64,000 nucleotides of DNA from Octopus vulgaris (Eukaryota). Below, piece by piece: positions 26,576 through 39,698 of this stretch (the first letter of the stretch is position 1; each line of letters starts with the position of its first letter). Both the position numbers and the translations under genes were made by a program. Where the stretch lies: NCBI GenBank assembly GCA_951406725.2, contig OX597819.1, forward strand, positions 38,874,001-38,938,000. The letters are read 5' to 3'. The notes beneath the pieces were generated by a model. It had not been told where the DNA came from. It made no database searches and was given only the letters and a program-made list of their open reading frames with translations.

Positions 26576-26874
26576 ATTACATAAAATTTTCAAAAACTTC
26601 ATTATTACCACACCAAAATAACTGCCCCAAAATTTCTGGTCAAGCATCACAAGTCACATAAGTATTTTACATTAAAAATTAACATTCAAACAACTGTTCA
26701 TGCCTTCCATTAAATGGTTGAAAGCTTTCATCAGGAAACTTTTTTTTAGGTTTGGAATTCTAAGAATAGTAGCTTCACAGCTTCACACATGAATGGGTAC
26801 ATACATGCACATATGTTTATGTATATGCACATATATTTGTGTGTGCGTATACATACATATATATATACACACAC

Positions 26875-26905
<31 letters not shown>

Positions 26906-26908
<3 letters not shown>

Positions 26909-27873
26909 TAATAAATAAAATATATGCATACATACAAACATATATGTACGTACCGACATCTACATGTATATATATATATGCATATATAAATATATACATA
27001 CAGGACACCACAAGAAGACGTAAAAATCAACAGAAACGAAAACGGAAAAGCCATTTTGTTACAACAGAAGGACAGAGACGTGGAACAAGACGAAATCGAA
27101 AACGGGAAAAACATTATGTACAGCAGAAAAACGAAGTACAGGACATGCTGCACAAGGAAAATTCCCCTTCATCAGCTGTCGCTAGCAGACATAGCGTGTT
27201 TCGAAGGCAAGACAGGACACGTCTGGTCATGCTAGGCCTTCCTACGAGAGAATTAAAATAAAATAACCTTGTAGAGGGGTAAAACGAGCAAGAAAAAAAT
27301 ATAACACAAAAAAGAACATAACAAAGAACTGCACAAAAAAAATACAAGAAAAAATACAAAATTAAAGATACATGTACAAGAAAATACAAAACGAGAATTA
27401 AATTACAATACGAGAAATCAAAATAAACAAGAGAATAAACGAAAAAGACGAACGAAGGCCTTTGTTCTGGCGGGGACGAAAAGGTAATTGGCGAGCGCTG
27501 GGAAACATGACCTTAGGGTCTGAATGCAACAGGCGAAAGGATTAGCAGTGACGAAAGTGAGGAGGAGTGGGAGAGAGAGAGACAGATAGAGGAAGACACA
27601 GGCTAGAGAGAAGGGTGAGGCAGAGAGAGAAAGAGAGAGGGGAAGGCAAAGCAAAGGGAGAGAATTTCACGTCATTGTAGTAAACTGTAAAATAAACTGG
27701 GAGGAAAGAGACGGAACGAAGTGAGAATTCGAAAAATCGAAAATTCAAACGAACCCGACGCGAAGCGCTGTCAGACAATTGTGTAATAAATAAAATATAT
27801 GCATACATAGAAACATATATGTACGTACCGACATCTACATGTATATATACATGCATATATAAATATATATACA
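26906..27873 (-). mobile_element. Terminally redundant (~95-bp direct repeat) Penelope/retrozyme-like element
   Basis: Direct repeats 26906-27002 and 27781-27873 (period 875); CpG-rich, strand-skewed interior with hammerhead-like cores at 27164-27208. Confidence 0.55.
27164..27208 (-). ncRNA. Hammerhead-like motif in type II order (imperfect stems)
   Basis: Minus strand CCTTC-GAAA-CA-CGCTA-TG-TC-TGCTAGCGACAG-CTGATGA-AGGGG; both conserved boxes and stem III present, stem I register imperfect. Confidence 0.35.
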
Positions 27874-29509
27874 CACATGCATATATATACACATACATAC
27901 ACACAAACAGTGGTATATATTATATTCACATGAACACACATATACATAGATATGTGTGTGTGCACAGACTACATTTATTTATATTCATACACACATACAC
28001 TCACACACACAAACACACACACTCACACAAAGAGAGTGAGATTACTCTATGTGAATCTATAAGCATATTTGTAAGGATGTATATCAATAATCTAAAACGA
28101 ATGGGCAAACAACCTAGGCATGCCAACTGCATTTCTCATATAGATGTTATATAGATATAGTCTTATAGAAATACCTTTCCCAAAACTCATCCAGCCTATC
28201 TTTGATGTCATTTATAGAACAGATAGTAATAACTTGTTTTATGTCGTCGTTCATCTAATCACTGGTGCTTCTCTTGGTAGACATTTGGCTACTTGTACAG
28301 CTTCAGCTCTTCCTTTCGCATTCAGTAGAAACATTTGCAGGAGATTGCTTTTGGCTTTTCAAATCTGAATGTTCAGCAGCGCTTCAAACATGATTTATAG
28401 TTAAATCATCAGAAAAATAAATATTCAAATTTCTATTCTTTGAATATTGATGGTGTTTCCTTTGTATTAATTCATTGATCAGCAGGATTCACAGTTAGCA
28501 GTAAAGTTCTTGAATAGACTTAGAGAACAGAAGTAGCTGTTTAAAGGAATTTGGTGATCAGTATTCTAACTGTGAGCATGACAGTTTATAACAAGCCAAC
28601 AAGGGAGTTCTTGTGTTGTTGCTTGACTTGGTAGAAATAGCAGCTGAGTCTCAGCTGGAATCATACTCTGCTGTATTAAGAGAGAAAGTACAAGTAAGGT
28701 CAGCTTTCACTCGTGAGCAAGTATGGCTTGGCAAGACATACTAGAACCAGTACCAGCACCACCAAAATATTCACCAACACCAACACCACCACCACTACCA
28801 TAACTGCCCACACTACAAGCACCATCACAATTACCACCACCACCACCACCACCACTACCATCATCATCCTCATCATCATTATTATTCTAATATCCACTTT
28901 GCCATACTTGCAGGGGTTGGACAGAGTTTATTGAGGCAGATTTTCTACAGCCTTCATGTTGCTTCATCTGTTTCCAAGCAGGGTAATATTTCCTCATGGT
29001 CAGATATGTTTTTTTGCAAATTATGGAAAATGAATGACATTCACTCACAACATTATGCAATGTCAAAGCAAGGAGACACAAATATACACACACTTGCATG
29101 CGCGCAAGCGCTGGCACACAACTATACAATGAGCGTCTTTCAGTTTCTGTGTACCAAATCCATTCACAAGGCTTTGGTTAGCTTGGCATTATAGCAGAAG
29201 AGACAAGGTTCCACACAGCAGGACTGAACCTGAAACCAAGTGATTCAGAAGCAAACTTCTTAACCACACAGCCACATCATGTTTTCATTAATTTCTTAAG
29301 GTGCCTGTGCAATCTCAAACAGGCAAAAATATTCTCTCAAACCCACACACTCTAGAGATGGCAGAACATCTAGAATGCAACAGCTAGAGGAAAGGGGACA
29401 GAACTGCAATAACACCTAGCTGGTTCTCATTACATATAAGTAATATATATATACATAATATATACATATGATGATGATGATGATATATGTATGTATGCCT
29501 GTATATATG

Positions 29510-29800
29510 TGAGATAATAGTTTCACTTTAATAGTTTCAGTATTAAAGTGAAAGTATCTGACATTACAATAGAGAGATGTTATTGTTTCACTTTTGACAC
29601 ATAATACTGAAATAGTGGAGAAGATATGATATTGCTGTGGGCTCGCACTAGGGAAAACGTTAAAATTTTTTTGGGCCTATGACACTACATGGACTCTAAG
29701 TAAGGCATGTGTAAAATTTGAATGAAATTGGTTGTGTAGTTCTCAAGTTTTAGGAATTCACACAGACAGCCAGACACACATTCTCATCTTTATATATATA
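29510..29800 (-). mobile_element. Helitron-like non-autonomous remnant (5' end)
   Basis: Minus strand begins TATATATAAAGATGAGAATGTGTGTCTGGCTGTCTG, similar to the adjacent Helitron 5' end. Confidence 0.45.
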
Positions 29801-30148
29801 CTAGCAGTATCGCCCGGCGTTGCTCGGGTTTGTAAGGGAAATAACTATATAAGCATTTTTAGAGATGTAAAGTATAATAGCCATCTCAATATGGCTAACC
29901 ACAAAGGGGGGGTGTTACTGTAGCTTTTTACATTCTGAGATTTAATAATACATTTTTAGAGAGTTACTTCCTTTATATAATAGCAAAAAAATGCATTAAA
30001 AAATGGGGAAAAATGATGGTAAATGAGGGCTCGATATGAATCACGCCCATAAGATACCCGCTTTTGGTTACACTGCACTGCAAAATGTGGGAGTAGTTAG
30101 GAATCTAAATCATAGGAGACAGACACACAACTTTAGTTTTATATATAA

Positions 30149-30151
<3 letters not shown>
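29801..30151 (-). mobile_element. Non-autonomous Helitron
   Basis: Minus strand 5' TCTTTATATATAAAA; 3' hairpin CCCGAGCAACGCCGGG then CTAG; inserted between A and T with no TSD. Confidence 0.8.
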
Positions 30152-30197
<46 letters not shown>

Positions 30198-31318
30198 TAC
30201 ATACATATATGCATAAACTCATGCAAGAATGTATCTGCTGGGTATCAAATATGTGGAATATGAAATTTAAAGTCAAGAAATATGAGAAGCCAGCTCTGCA
30301 TATACTATATAATATACTCCACCTTTTATAACAAGTACTCTATATATGCACCATATTTACACTTACATATTCTTACACACACACACCACACACAAATATA
30401 CTTATGTTTGTGTGTGTATACACAAGTAAGGCCGTGTTAAATTGCATCTCTCGATGTCAAAAGATAACTGAGCCAAATGACATAAAGTGAGTGATAAATA
30501 AAATAAGTACCAGATTGAAAGCTATACAGATGTCAAAATGATCAATAAAAATCCTTGAAAATAACTCTGAACACACACGGTCCAATGGCTGTAAAATAAT
30601 TGTTCTAAACAACATAATTACTCGTTACTTGTTTACCAACAGAAGCACTCCCATGTTGGATGAATTTATCAGTTTACATAGACTTGTTGCCAAATTTGAA
30701 ATAATCCACAGATAAGCTATCCCCTATTTTTGTGGGGGGTCAGCAATTCCTAAATTTATTTGCAGCCAGCATGAATGTCCAATCATTGGTTTTTATCTTT
30801 TAGTAAGATAAATGAAATTTAGTTCAAGACTATGATAATACCAAGTGTTTTTCCATGCAGCATCAAATTTAATTATAAAGCAGCTAACATTACTAATTTG
30901 CTGACTAATCAACGTGGGAAAATTCCGTAATCTTTTCAAACTTGACTAAATAGATGTAAGATAGGTGTACATATAATTAATGTAATAAGCCAAGGGTTTA
31001 TAATCGACTGAAATCTCTTTCATAGTGTGATAAAATTATCATTAGCTTAGTTATAAATTCTAATTTTAAAAAAAGCAGGGAAACCTCCACAGAATTATAA
31101 TTAATTAAAATTAATTAAGAAATAAAATGTGGGCAATGCAAGGGGAAGGGATGTTGATCTTGGTAGGGTGTATTGACAATTCTGGCCATGTTTTGGTCTT
31201 ATTAGATCTCTTCAGTGAATTACAGACTTTAGTAATATTTTTTTTATACTGCCAGATAAAAATCACTCCTCCTCCTCACCACCACCAGGAACCATCTGGT
31301 TGGGAAGCAGGTTTCTTA

Positions 31319-31554
31319 TTTCTTCATTTCTTTATTTTCCACAAGGAGGTAAACAGAGAGGGGACACACAAGGACAGGCAAAGGGATTGAGTCTATTACA
31401 TCACCCCCAGTGCATTACTGGTACTTAATTCATCGACCCCGAAAGGATGAAAGGCAAAGCTGACCTCGGCAGAATTTGAACTCAGAATGTAATAGCAGAC
31501 GAAATACTGCTATGCATTTCACCTGGCATGCTAATGTTTCTGCCAGCTCACTGC
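31319..31554 (-). mobile_element. Family A SINE nested in a family B head remnant
   Basis: Flanks GGGAAGCAGGTTTCTTA and TTCTTACCATACAGCCATACCTGCACC rejoin into a family B head; TTCTTA duplicated. Confidence 0.8.
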
Positions 31555-31681
31555 TTCTTACCATACAGCCATACCTGCACCTATACATGTTGTATATATA
31601 CTCCTCAAGTATTGGGGTGGATTTACTATGGTATATTTGATATACTTAGTGAATTGTTATCATCGTTACTTTATTCCCACA

Positions 31682-31895
31682 GGTAGCGAACTAGTAAAAT
31701 TGTATGTCTATTACAAAAAATTCTTAAGCTATTTCTTTTAGCTCTTTATGTTTCAAGTTCAAATACTGCCAAGGTCAACTTTATCTTTCATTCTTTTGGG
31801 GTTGATAAGATAAGTACCAATGGAACACTGGGAGTCATGTAATAGACTTACCTGCTTCCCTTAAAATTACTGGCTTTGAGCCAAAGTGTGACACC
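31682..31895 (+). mobile_element. Family A SINE, decayed
   Basis: GGTAGCGAACTAG...AAGTTCAAATACTGCCAAGGTCAACTTT...AAGTACCA. Confidence 0.7.
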
Positions 31896-31919
31896 ATTAT
31901 TACTTTATAAAAACATAGA

Positions 31920-32320
31920 TACAGGCATTACTGCATAGAAAGAAGTTTGCTTCTCAATTACATGGTTCCAGATTCAGTCCAACTGCATGGCACTGTAGGC
32001 AAGTGTTTTCTATTATAGCTCCAGGCTGACCAAAGCCTTGTGAGTTGATTTGGCACAAAAAACTGAAAGAAGTCGTGCGTATATGTGTGTGTGTGTGCAT
32101 GTGTTTATCCCCTACCACTGCTTGACAACCAGTGTTGGTTTGTTTACATCAGGGTAACTTTGTGGTTCAACAAAAGCGATTGATAGAATAAATACTAGAC
32201 TTTATATAAAAATGTAAGCACTGGGGCAAATTTGTTCAACTTAAAACCCTTCAAGGTGGTGCTCTAGCATGGCTCAGTCCAATGACTGAAACAAGCGAAA
32301 GAAAAATGAGAAAAGATATA
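31920..32320 (+). mobile_element. Family B SINE, older copy
   Basis: All modules present, diverged. Confidence 0.8.
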
Positions 32321-32329
32321 CTTTATATT

Positions 32330-32622
32330 ATCGTTACCAACGTCGCTTCACTAGCACCTATGCTGGTGGCATGTGTAAAAAGATTCGAGCAAGGTCGCTG
32401 CCAGTACCACCTAAATGGCGCCCGTGCCGGTGGCACGTAAAAAGCACCCACTACATTCTCGGAGTGGTTGGCATTAGGAAGGGCATTCAGCTGTAGAAAC
32501 TCTGCTAGATCAAGATTGGATCCTGGTGCAGCCATCTGGTTCGCCAGCCCTCGGTCAAAATCGTCCAACCCATGCTAGCATGGAAAGCAGACGCTAAATG
32601 ATGATCATGATGATGATCATGA
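32330..32622 (+). mobile_element. Family C RTE-type 3' tail
   Basis: GGTGGCACGTAAAAAGCACCCACTAC...AACCCATGCTAGCATGGAAAG, (GAT)n. Confidence 0.85.
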
Positions 32623-33089
32623 TATCTGTCCCACTGTATCTTTCTCACACCACTGGTGCATTCCTACCTCTATATCTGCCATCAGCAACAACACTACCAA
32701 TCACAACCACCACCTCCTTTAGTTCTCTAATGTAATTATAATAGGATGAATAGAAGTAGCTTCCATCCGTCTACGTATATCAGACAAGGTGAAAATGTGA
32801 GAGCTGTAGTTTATAAATATCACTTTAGCTTGCCTCCCTCGGAGAGAAAATCTAACACATGGCATCCTATAAAAATGTAAAAGATCTTCATGACAGCACT
32901 GTCATGAATTTCAAATCGATATTTTCAAGTAAAGACAGAAAAGAAAACCCAAGCCCACATGTTTGTACAAAGACCCAACCACCCACCCACACACACACAC
33001 ACACAACAACAACAACATCAACATCAACAACAACAACAAACCTTCAAACGTACAAACTTGATTTCATGGAAATTCCATTAGCTGTTGCA

Positions 33090-33180
33090 TGTGTGTATAT
33101 GTGTGTGTGTGCATGTGTGAGACAGAGAGAGAAAGTGTGTGAGAGAGGGAGTGTGTGTGAGAGAGGGAGAGTGTGTGTCT

Positions 33181-33225
<45 letters not shown>

Positions 33226-33852
33226 TGTGTGTGTGTGTATGTACATGAGTGTGCATGTGTTTAGTGTATGTTCTATGTAAATATGTATATTAAATATATT
33301 TATGTGTGTACATTTGTGTATATAATGTGTATGTGTGCATGTATCTGATTATATTTCTGTATAGATATTGTGTGTATATGTGTATATAAAAGGTGCGTAC
33401 CTGTATGTGTGTATCAGTGTGTGTGTGTGTGTGTGTGTGTGTAAATATATTTGAGTATAAAATACGTGGGTGCATATATTTGTCTATATATATTGTTTGT
33501 GTGAGTATATTTGTCTATGAAATATTGTGTATGTATATTTGTGTATATAATGGGGGTGTGCATGTATATGAAATATATATGTGCATATATTTGTGTGTAT
33601 GTATGTGTGTGTATGTGAGTGTGTATGTATATACATGTGTGTGTGGTGTTTATTGTATTTGTTTTAAGTTTTGAAAAAGTCTACAAAACCCCCCCACTAG
33701 AATTATATTAGTGTATTATCTGACAATGGATTACTGGCAATGACTCAGACTCAACTATAATAATACAAAGTAAATTAGATGAGAAGGATGTATGCAAATA
33801 TATACTGGTATGTGTGTGTGTGTATGTGTGTGCATGTGTATGTATATATGTG

Positions 33853-33890
<38 letters not shown>

Positions 33891-34087
33891 TGTTTGTTTG
33901 TACTCCACCTGCTTTCGTCTTGTTTATTTTCATAAAGCTTCCCGTTATATATATATATATATATAAAAGTATTTATGTGTATCTGGGAGTCTAAATACAT
34001 ATGAACAAGAGCTTATGTGCATACATGCAATCTTTTAAAAAATGCACACACACACATATATATAAATATGTATAAATATATATATAT

Positions 34088-34142
<55 letters not shown>

Positions 34143-34278
34143 TAGATATATACACTTATACATACATAGGTGTTTATATATGTATGTTCATATGTACATG
34201 CATATGTATGCATATCTATATATATATATATATATACATAGATATGTATATATGCATATTTATATAGTTATGCATATG

Positions 34279-34330
<52 letters not shown>
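33090..34330. repeat. Microsatellite field: (GA)n, (GT)n, (TA)n, (GATA)n at 34090-34145, (CA)n
   Basis: Direct reading. Confidence 0.9.
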
Positions 34331-34332
<2 letters not shown>

Positions 34333-35657
34333 TATATATGTATCTGGCACCATGGGTGCCAGAGGATTAGCAAATAATTGAATTTTCCAGATATCTGATT
34401 ATCACATTTTAAATTACCATAGCACCTTACAATACTCATTAAAACTTCCAGTATGCATCAGTATCATCATTCATATTCTGAATATAGTAGAAATGAGAGA
34501 AATAGGAATACATAAAAATCATAATTTGGGTGAAGAACAAGTTTTATTAACTTGATAAAATATAGGTACTGCAAATATAAAGTAAAATAATATACAATAT
34601 TGTTCTTTGAAAAGTATAACCACCTTAACTGCAGAATTTGCATTATCATCATTGGGAGCTCAACATATGATTTTAATCAGGGAAAACATTTACCATAAAA
34701 AGTAATTTCACTTGCTCATCAAGAAATTTATGTTATCAAATGTATATAATGAAGACTATGTAGCACAAGCAGGATTAACTCTGAGGCATGGAATGACATT
34801 CCACCATCAACAGATACAAATGTTAGTACCAGAAAAATATCCATTAACAAACATCTGGATCTTTGTCCAACAAACGCCCTAAGTATAAAATTTCCCCCTT
34901 GTTTCTCTGTACTAGAAACACCTCAGTTAAATTCCAAATAGATAGAGAAAATATGTTTATTAAGAAAAATAAACCCACATTAAATATTTTATAACATTAT
35001 AAAAAAACACAGTATATTTTTACTGTACTACACAACTAGAAACAACAAAAATAATAAAAGAAAACTGTTGAGGTAATGGGTTTCCTCCAGAATACGAAAC
35101 CCTAACTTCAAACAACTAAGTAATTACATTTTTTTGACACTGTTTACTGACATCACCCAAAGAATGACCAACAAGATTATGCTTTTGGTTAAAATTAGAT
35201 TCTGAGTAAAAAGAAAAGAACAACTGGAACATCAGAAAAACAAGTGATGTCTTAAGAGAGTCAGCCAACAGGAACATTAGACTACTGTCAGCCAAAAGCA
35301 AGTGACCAGAACATTTGATAAACAACTAACATCCACAGACAGTTAACCAACCAGAACAAGTGACTAGAATGGATGGTAAAGAAATGGTATCCCCATGCAG
35401 TCAGTCAAATAGAAATCTGAGTCACAAGCAGACAAGAACAAATTATGTCATCAGTAGGTATCCAGTCAAAACTTGAATATATATATATCTTAAAACCTAC
35501 AATATTAGTTGAAAAGATAGTCCAAGTTCCTTATTTGAATGAGTAAAGCAAATGATGAGCAATTCTTCCTCACACTATATGACAGAGCTGACAAAAAATC
35601 TTTTTTAATTTTTCATATACCTCAAAATCTTCATCATATCTAATTGCTAACATAATT

Positions 35658-35856
35658 TATTGCTATGAAACTTATTGAGCTCTCAAATTTCTATCATGTA
35701 TTATTGCTATGTAAAAACATCTCCAACATTTGATCTTTCACCATTTCTTATTGCTGTGAAACTTACTGAACATTTGAATTTTCATCAAGTAATTTTGCTG
35801 TGAAATCTATTGAACATTTGATTTTTTTAGCTTTTTTTATTGCTATGAAACATTTT
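35658..35856. repeat. Degenerate ~45-bp minisatellite, about 5 units
   Basis: Recurring TTATTGCTRTGAAAC...AACATTTGA. Confidence 0.65.
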
Positions 35857-36497
35857 CTGATGCACTGTCTTTCCTTTAAATTTTTTTTTCATTTACAATT
35901 GAAAAACAAAAAGATTGTTGAATCTTGCACTGGATTTTAATAAATTAATAAACTTTAGAAAAAAAAAGAAGGAAAGCTAAAATTCATTTTAAGACCCATG
36001 TGCATATTCATCTCTGCTTCCAAACCAATTTCTATATGTTCTCATTCATATGGAACTAAACCTCTTCATCCATGGAAATGCTGCTGATATATATATATAT
36101 ATATCATCAGATAGAAAGGAGAATAACTCCCTGTACAGAACAACAAATTAGCACTCTAATTAATAGAGCAACATGAAATATAGAGATTAATAGAAAGAGA
36201 ACAAATTTCAGGAGTCAGAGTTCATTTCATCAATATATTTCCCAACATTGGAATACTTTATAAGAATATATGGAAATAAAAATATGTAGATACAATATAA
36301 AATATAAAACGTAAATATGCTCACAAGACATTGTATGAAATTGTATGTCGGTGTTTGGAATCAATGAGAAAGTTATGCACAGTCAAAATTGCATTAATGG
36401 AAATTATCAAATGGGTGAAAAGGTGGTTCAAAAGGATTTTAAGAGGAATCCATAGGTAAACCCAGTGGTATATATAAATATATATATATATATATAT

Positions 36498-36700
36498 AGG
36501 GAGAGTGTATGAAAAAAACAAAAGACGAAGACAGGTGGTGTACAAAACAAACAGATGTATTAGTATAACGCTCAGGAATAGAAGTCTTTTACGTTTCAAG
36601 GCTATGCTCTTCCACAGAAAGGGACACGGAAAAAAACAAGGAGAGAGAAAAAAAAGGAGAAAACAAAGGAGAGAAAAAAAAAGGATTGACTAAACTGGCA
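36498..36700 (-). mobile_element. Penelope-like terminal fragment with degenerate hammerhead core
   Basis: Minus strand CTTT-CTGTGGA-AGAGCATAGCCTT-GAAA-CG-TA-AAAG then CCTGAGCG..TAATAC; abuts (TA)n. Confidence 0.5.
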
Positions 36701-36740
36701 ACATGACCATTCCTAAATACAACAATATATATATATATAT

Positions 36741-37427
36741 ATCATCATCATTGTTTAACGTCCGCTTTCCATGCTAGCATGGGTTGGACGATTTGACTGA
36801 GGGCTGGCAAACCAGACAGCTGCACCAGGTTTCAATCTTGATCTGGCAGAGTTTCTACAGCTAGATGCCCTTCCTAACGCCAAGCACTCCGAGAGTGTAA
36901 TGGGTGCTTTTACACGCCACCAGCATGGGACCAGTCAGGCAGTACTGGCAACGGCCTCGCTTGAATCTTTTACACATGCCACTGGCACAGGTGCCAGTAA
37001 GGCGATGCTGGTAACGATCACACTCGAATGGTGTCTTTTATGTGCCACTGGCACGGAGGCCAGATAGCCACTCTGGCAACAATCACGCTCGGATGGTGCT
37101 CTAAACACTCTACTAGCACAGGGCTCGAGTGCCAGTAAGGCGACGTTGGTAACTATCACACTCGAATGGTGCCTTTTATGTGGCACTGGCACGGAAGCCG
37201 GTTAGCCGCTTTGTCAATGATCACACTCGTATGGTGCTCTTTGCACCCCGCTAGCATGGACGCCAGTCATGAAATTTGATTTTGATTTTGATTTCACTTG
37301 CCTCAACAGGTCTTTGCAAGCAGAGTTTTAGTGTCCAAAGACGGAAAAGGTACAAATAAGTGTGCTGGTTATGCCCCTGGCATAGGCCACAAGATTATGG
37401 TCTCATTTGGCTTGCCGGGTCTTCTCA

Positions 37428-37432
<5 letters not shown>
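36741..37432 (-). mobile_element. Family C RTE-type LINE 3' end, longest copy, in (TA)n
   Basis: Minus strand starts with a possible ORF end (EKTRQAK*), then 5-6 tandem ~60-bp units of alternating types, the conserved tail and (GAT)n. Confidence 0.85.
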
Positions 37433-37462
<30 letters not shown>

Positions 37463-37467
<5 letters not shown>

Positions 37468-37673
37468 GGGTGCTGTTCCTGGCTTAAAGAGTATTGCAAA
37501 AGGCCTGGTTGGAGCCCAACCTTCTAAGTTCTTTTACAAGGTTTAGAAAAACTGAAGGACCACTGCAATAAGTGTGTGAATTCAAGAGCAGAATATGTTG
37601 AATAAAATCATAATTGCCTGATCCCCCAGTATTTTCTTTTACCCAAAGTCAGGAACTTTTCAGCACTTACTCA
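37463..37673 (+). mobile_element. Mariner-derived MITE
   Basis: Imperfect TIRs TGAGGGGTGCTG..TTCCTGGCTT / AAGTCAGGAACTTTTCAGCAC..CTCA in TA context; interior encodes EKLKDHCNKCVNSRAEYVE*, like a mariner C-terminus. Confidence 0.65.
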
Positions 37674-38464
37674 TATGTATATATGGGTTGTGCCTGATGA
37701 CTGTACCGAGATGTCAGACATGTTATGATACATTGCTTGGCATATTCTCAGCACAAGAACCTATTAGTAGCACATAAAACAACATGTATTGTGTCTATTA
37801 AATAATATTTGTCTCTCACCAGATGAAATACTTCTTTTCATCACAGAACAGTACATTATATATATATGTATACACACACACACACATACATACGTTTCTC
37901 AGCAATCAAGTAACAACAGGTATTTTACTATATGTATGGTTGTCTACAATGATATGATGTTATGCAGAATCAAGCATTCACAGAACCAGAAAATTTTCAA
38001 AAGTTACTGGTCTTAAATAATTTCTATGAGCTGCCAAAGGGAAAGAAACTGAAAATTTCTCCTAAAATACAGTTTATATTAAAATTGTTCCTTGTACTTA
38101 TTATATGTATTTTGTTATTTAAAAAGAAATTTCTCAATTATTCTTTCTATAAAAAAAGCGGGAATGGAGAGAAGATGAAGCCATTTTAAGGGTTTCACTA
38201 TTTTATTGGCAGAGTATTTATTTAATTATTTATTTCTACATTTCTTTATTATGTTTGGTCAGAGTGGGGGCAAGTAATTTACTTACCCATTTTCATAAAT
38301 ACTACATTATTTTATGCATTTTCATTTAATTTCTCTCTTTGGTAATCTAATTCAATCAACTGTATTTGTTTCAAAAGTAGTAAGAAGTGAATGAAATTAA
38401 TAAACATTAGAAAAAAAAATGTTAATGGAAATGGTGTTTATTATTGAGAATATTAATAATATTC

Positions 38465-38882
38465 GTAGGATTGGCTGTGTGGTAAGTAGCTTGCTTACCA
38501 ACCACATGGTTCCGGGTTCAGTCACACTGTGTGGCACCTTGGGCAAGTGTCTTCTACTATAGCCTCAGGCCGACCAAAGCCTTGTGAGTGGATTTGGTAG
38601 ACGGAAACTGAAAGAAGCCCGTCGTATATATGTATATATATGTTTATGTGCGTGTGTGTGTGTGTGTGTGTTTGTGTGTCTGTGTTTGTCCCCCCCAACA
38701 TCGGTTGACAACCGATGCTGGCATGTTTACGTCCCTGTAACTTAGCGGTTCGGCAAGAGAGACTGATAGAATAAGTACTAGGCTTACAAAGAATAAGTCC
38801 TGAGGTTGATTTGCTCAACTAAAGGCAGTGCCCCAGCATGGCTGCAAACAAATAACTGAAACAAGTAAAAGAGTAAAAAAGA
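38465..38882 (+). mobile_element. Family B SINE, full length
   Basis: A/B boxes, CCTTGGGCAAG, central (TA)/(TG)n, GACTGAAACAAGTAAAAGAG-like tail. Confidence 0.9.
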
Positions 38883-39019
38883 ATAATAATAAACGAAATT
38901 CTTCAATTTGAAATGCTCTCACAAAGCACTCACAACCTCACATGCACATACACACACAAACACACACTCATGTATATATATTATTACATTTCATGACCAT
39001 TTTCCATACTAGCATGGAT

Positions 39020-39366
39020 GGGTGAGAAGCTTGTTTCCTGACAACATGGTTCCAGGGTCAGTCCCACTGCATGGCACCTGGGTAAGGGTCTTCTGCTTTA
39101 TAGTTTTGGACCAATTAAATCCCTATGAGTATATTTGGTAGACGGGAACTGAAAGAAGCCTGTTGTGTGAGCGTGTGTGAGTGTTTGTCCCCCATCACTG
39201 CTTGACAACCAGTGTTGGTGTGTTTATGTCGCCATAACTTAGAAGTTCTGCAAAAGAGACCAATAAAATACCAGGTTTAAAAAACAATAAGTATTGGAGT
39301 CAATTCTCAACTGAAGAATTCTTCTGTGCCCCAGTCTAATGACTGAAACAAGTAAAAGACAAAAGA
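39020..39366 (+). mobile_element. Family B SINE, diverged
   Basis: Module similarity to 38465-38882. Confidence 0.75.
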
Positions 39367-39383
39367 TGAAATATATATATATA

Positions 39384-39698
39384 TATCACTGTGGTATCAC
39401 CGTGACTGACCAGGCTATCAGATGTTGCTACACATCGCTGGTCACAATGCGCTTCACATTGCTTTAGCCTTCAAATGACGCCACCCCACTGGCTAAGCAA
39501 GCAGGCCTATAGAAGAAAGAGTGAGAGAAAGTTGTGGCGAAAGAGTACGGCAGGGATCACCACCACCCCCTGACAGAGCCTCGTGGAGCTTTAGGTGTTT
39601 TCGCTCAATAAACACTCACAAGGTCCGGTCTGGGAAGCGAAACCGCGATCCTACAACTGCGAGTCTGCTGCCCTAACCACTGGGCCATTGTGCCTCCA
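39384..39698 (-). mobile_element. Family E tRNA(Arg)-like SINE (possibly the octopus OR family) in (TA)n
   Basis: Minus strand GGAGGCACAATGGCCCAGTGGTTAGGGCAGCAGACTCGCAG..GGTTTCGCTTCCC head; (TA)n on both sides. Confidence 0.8.
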
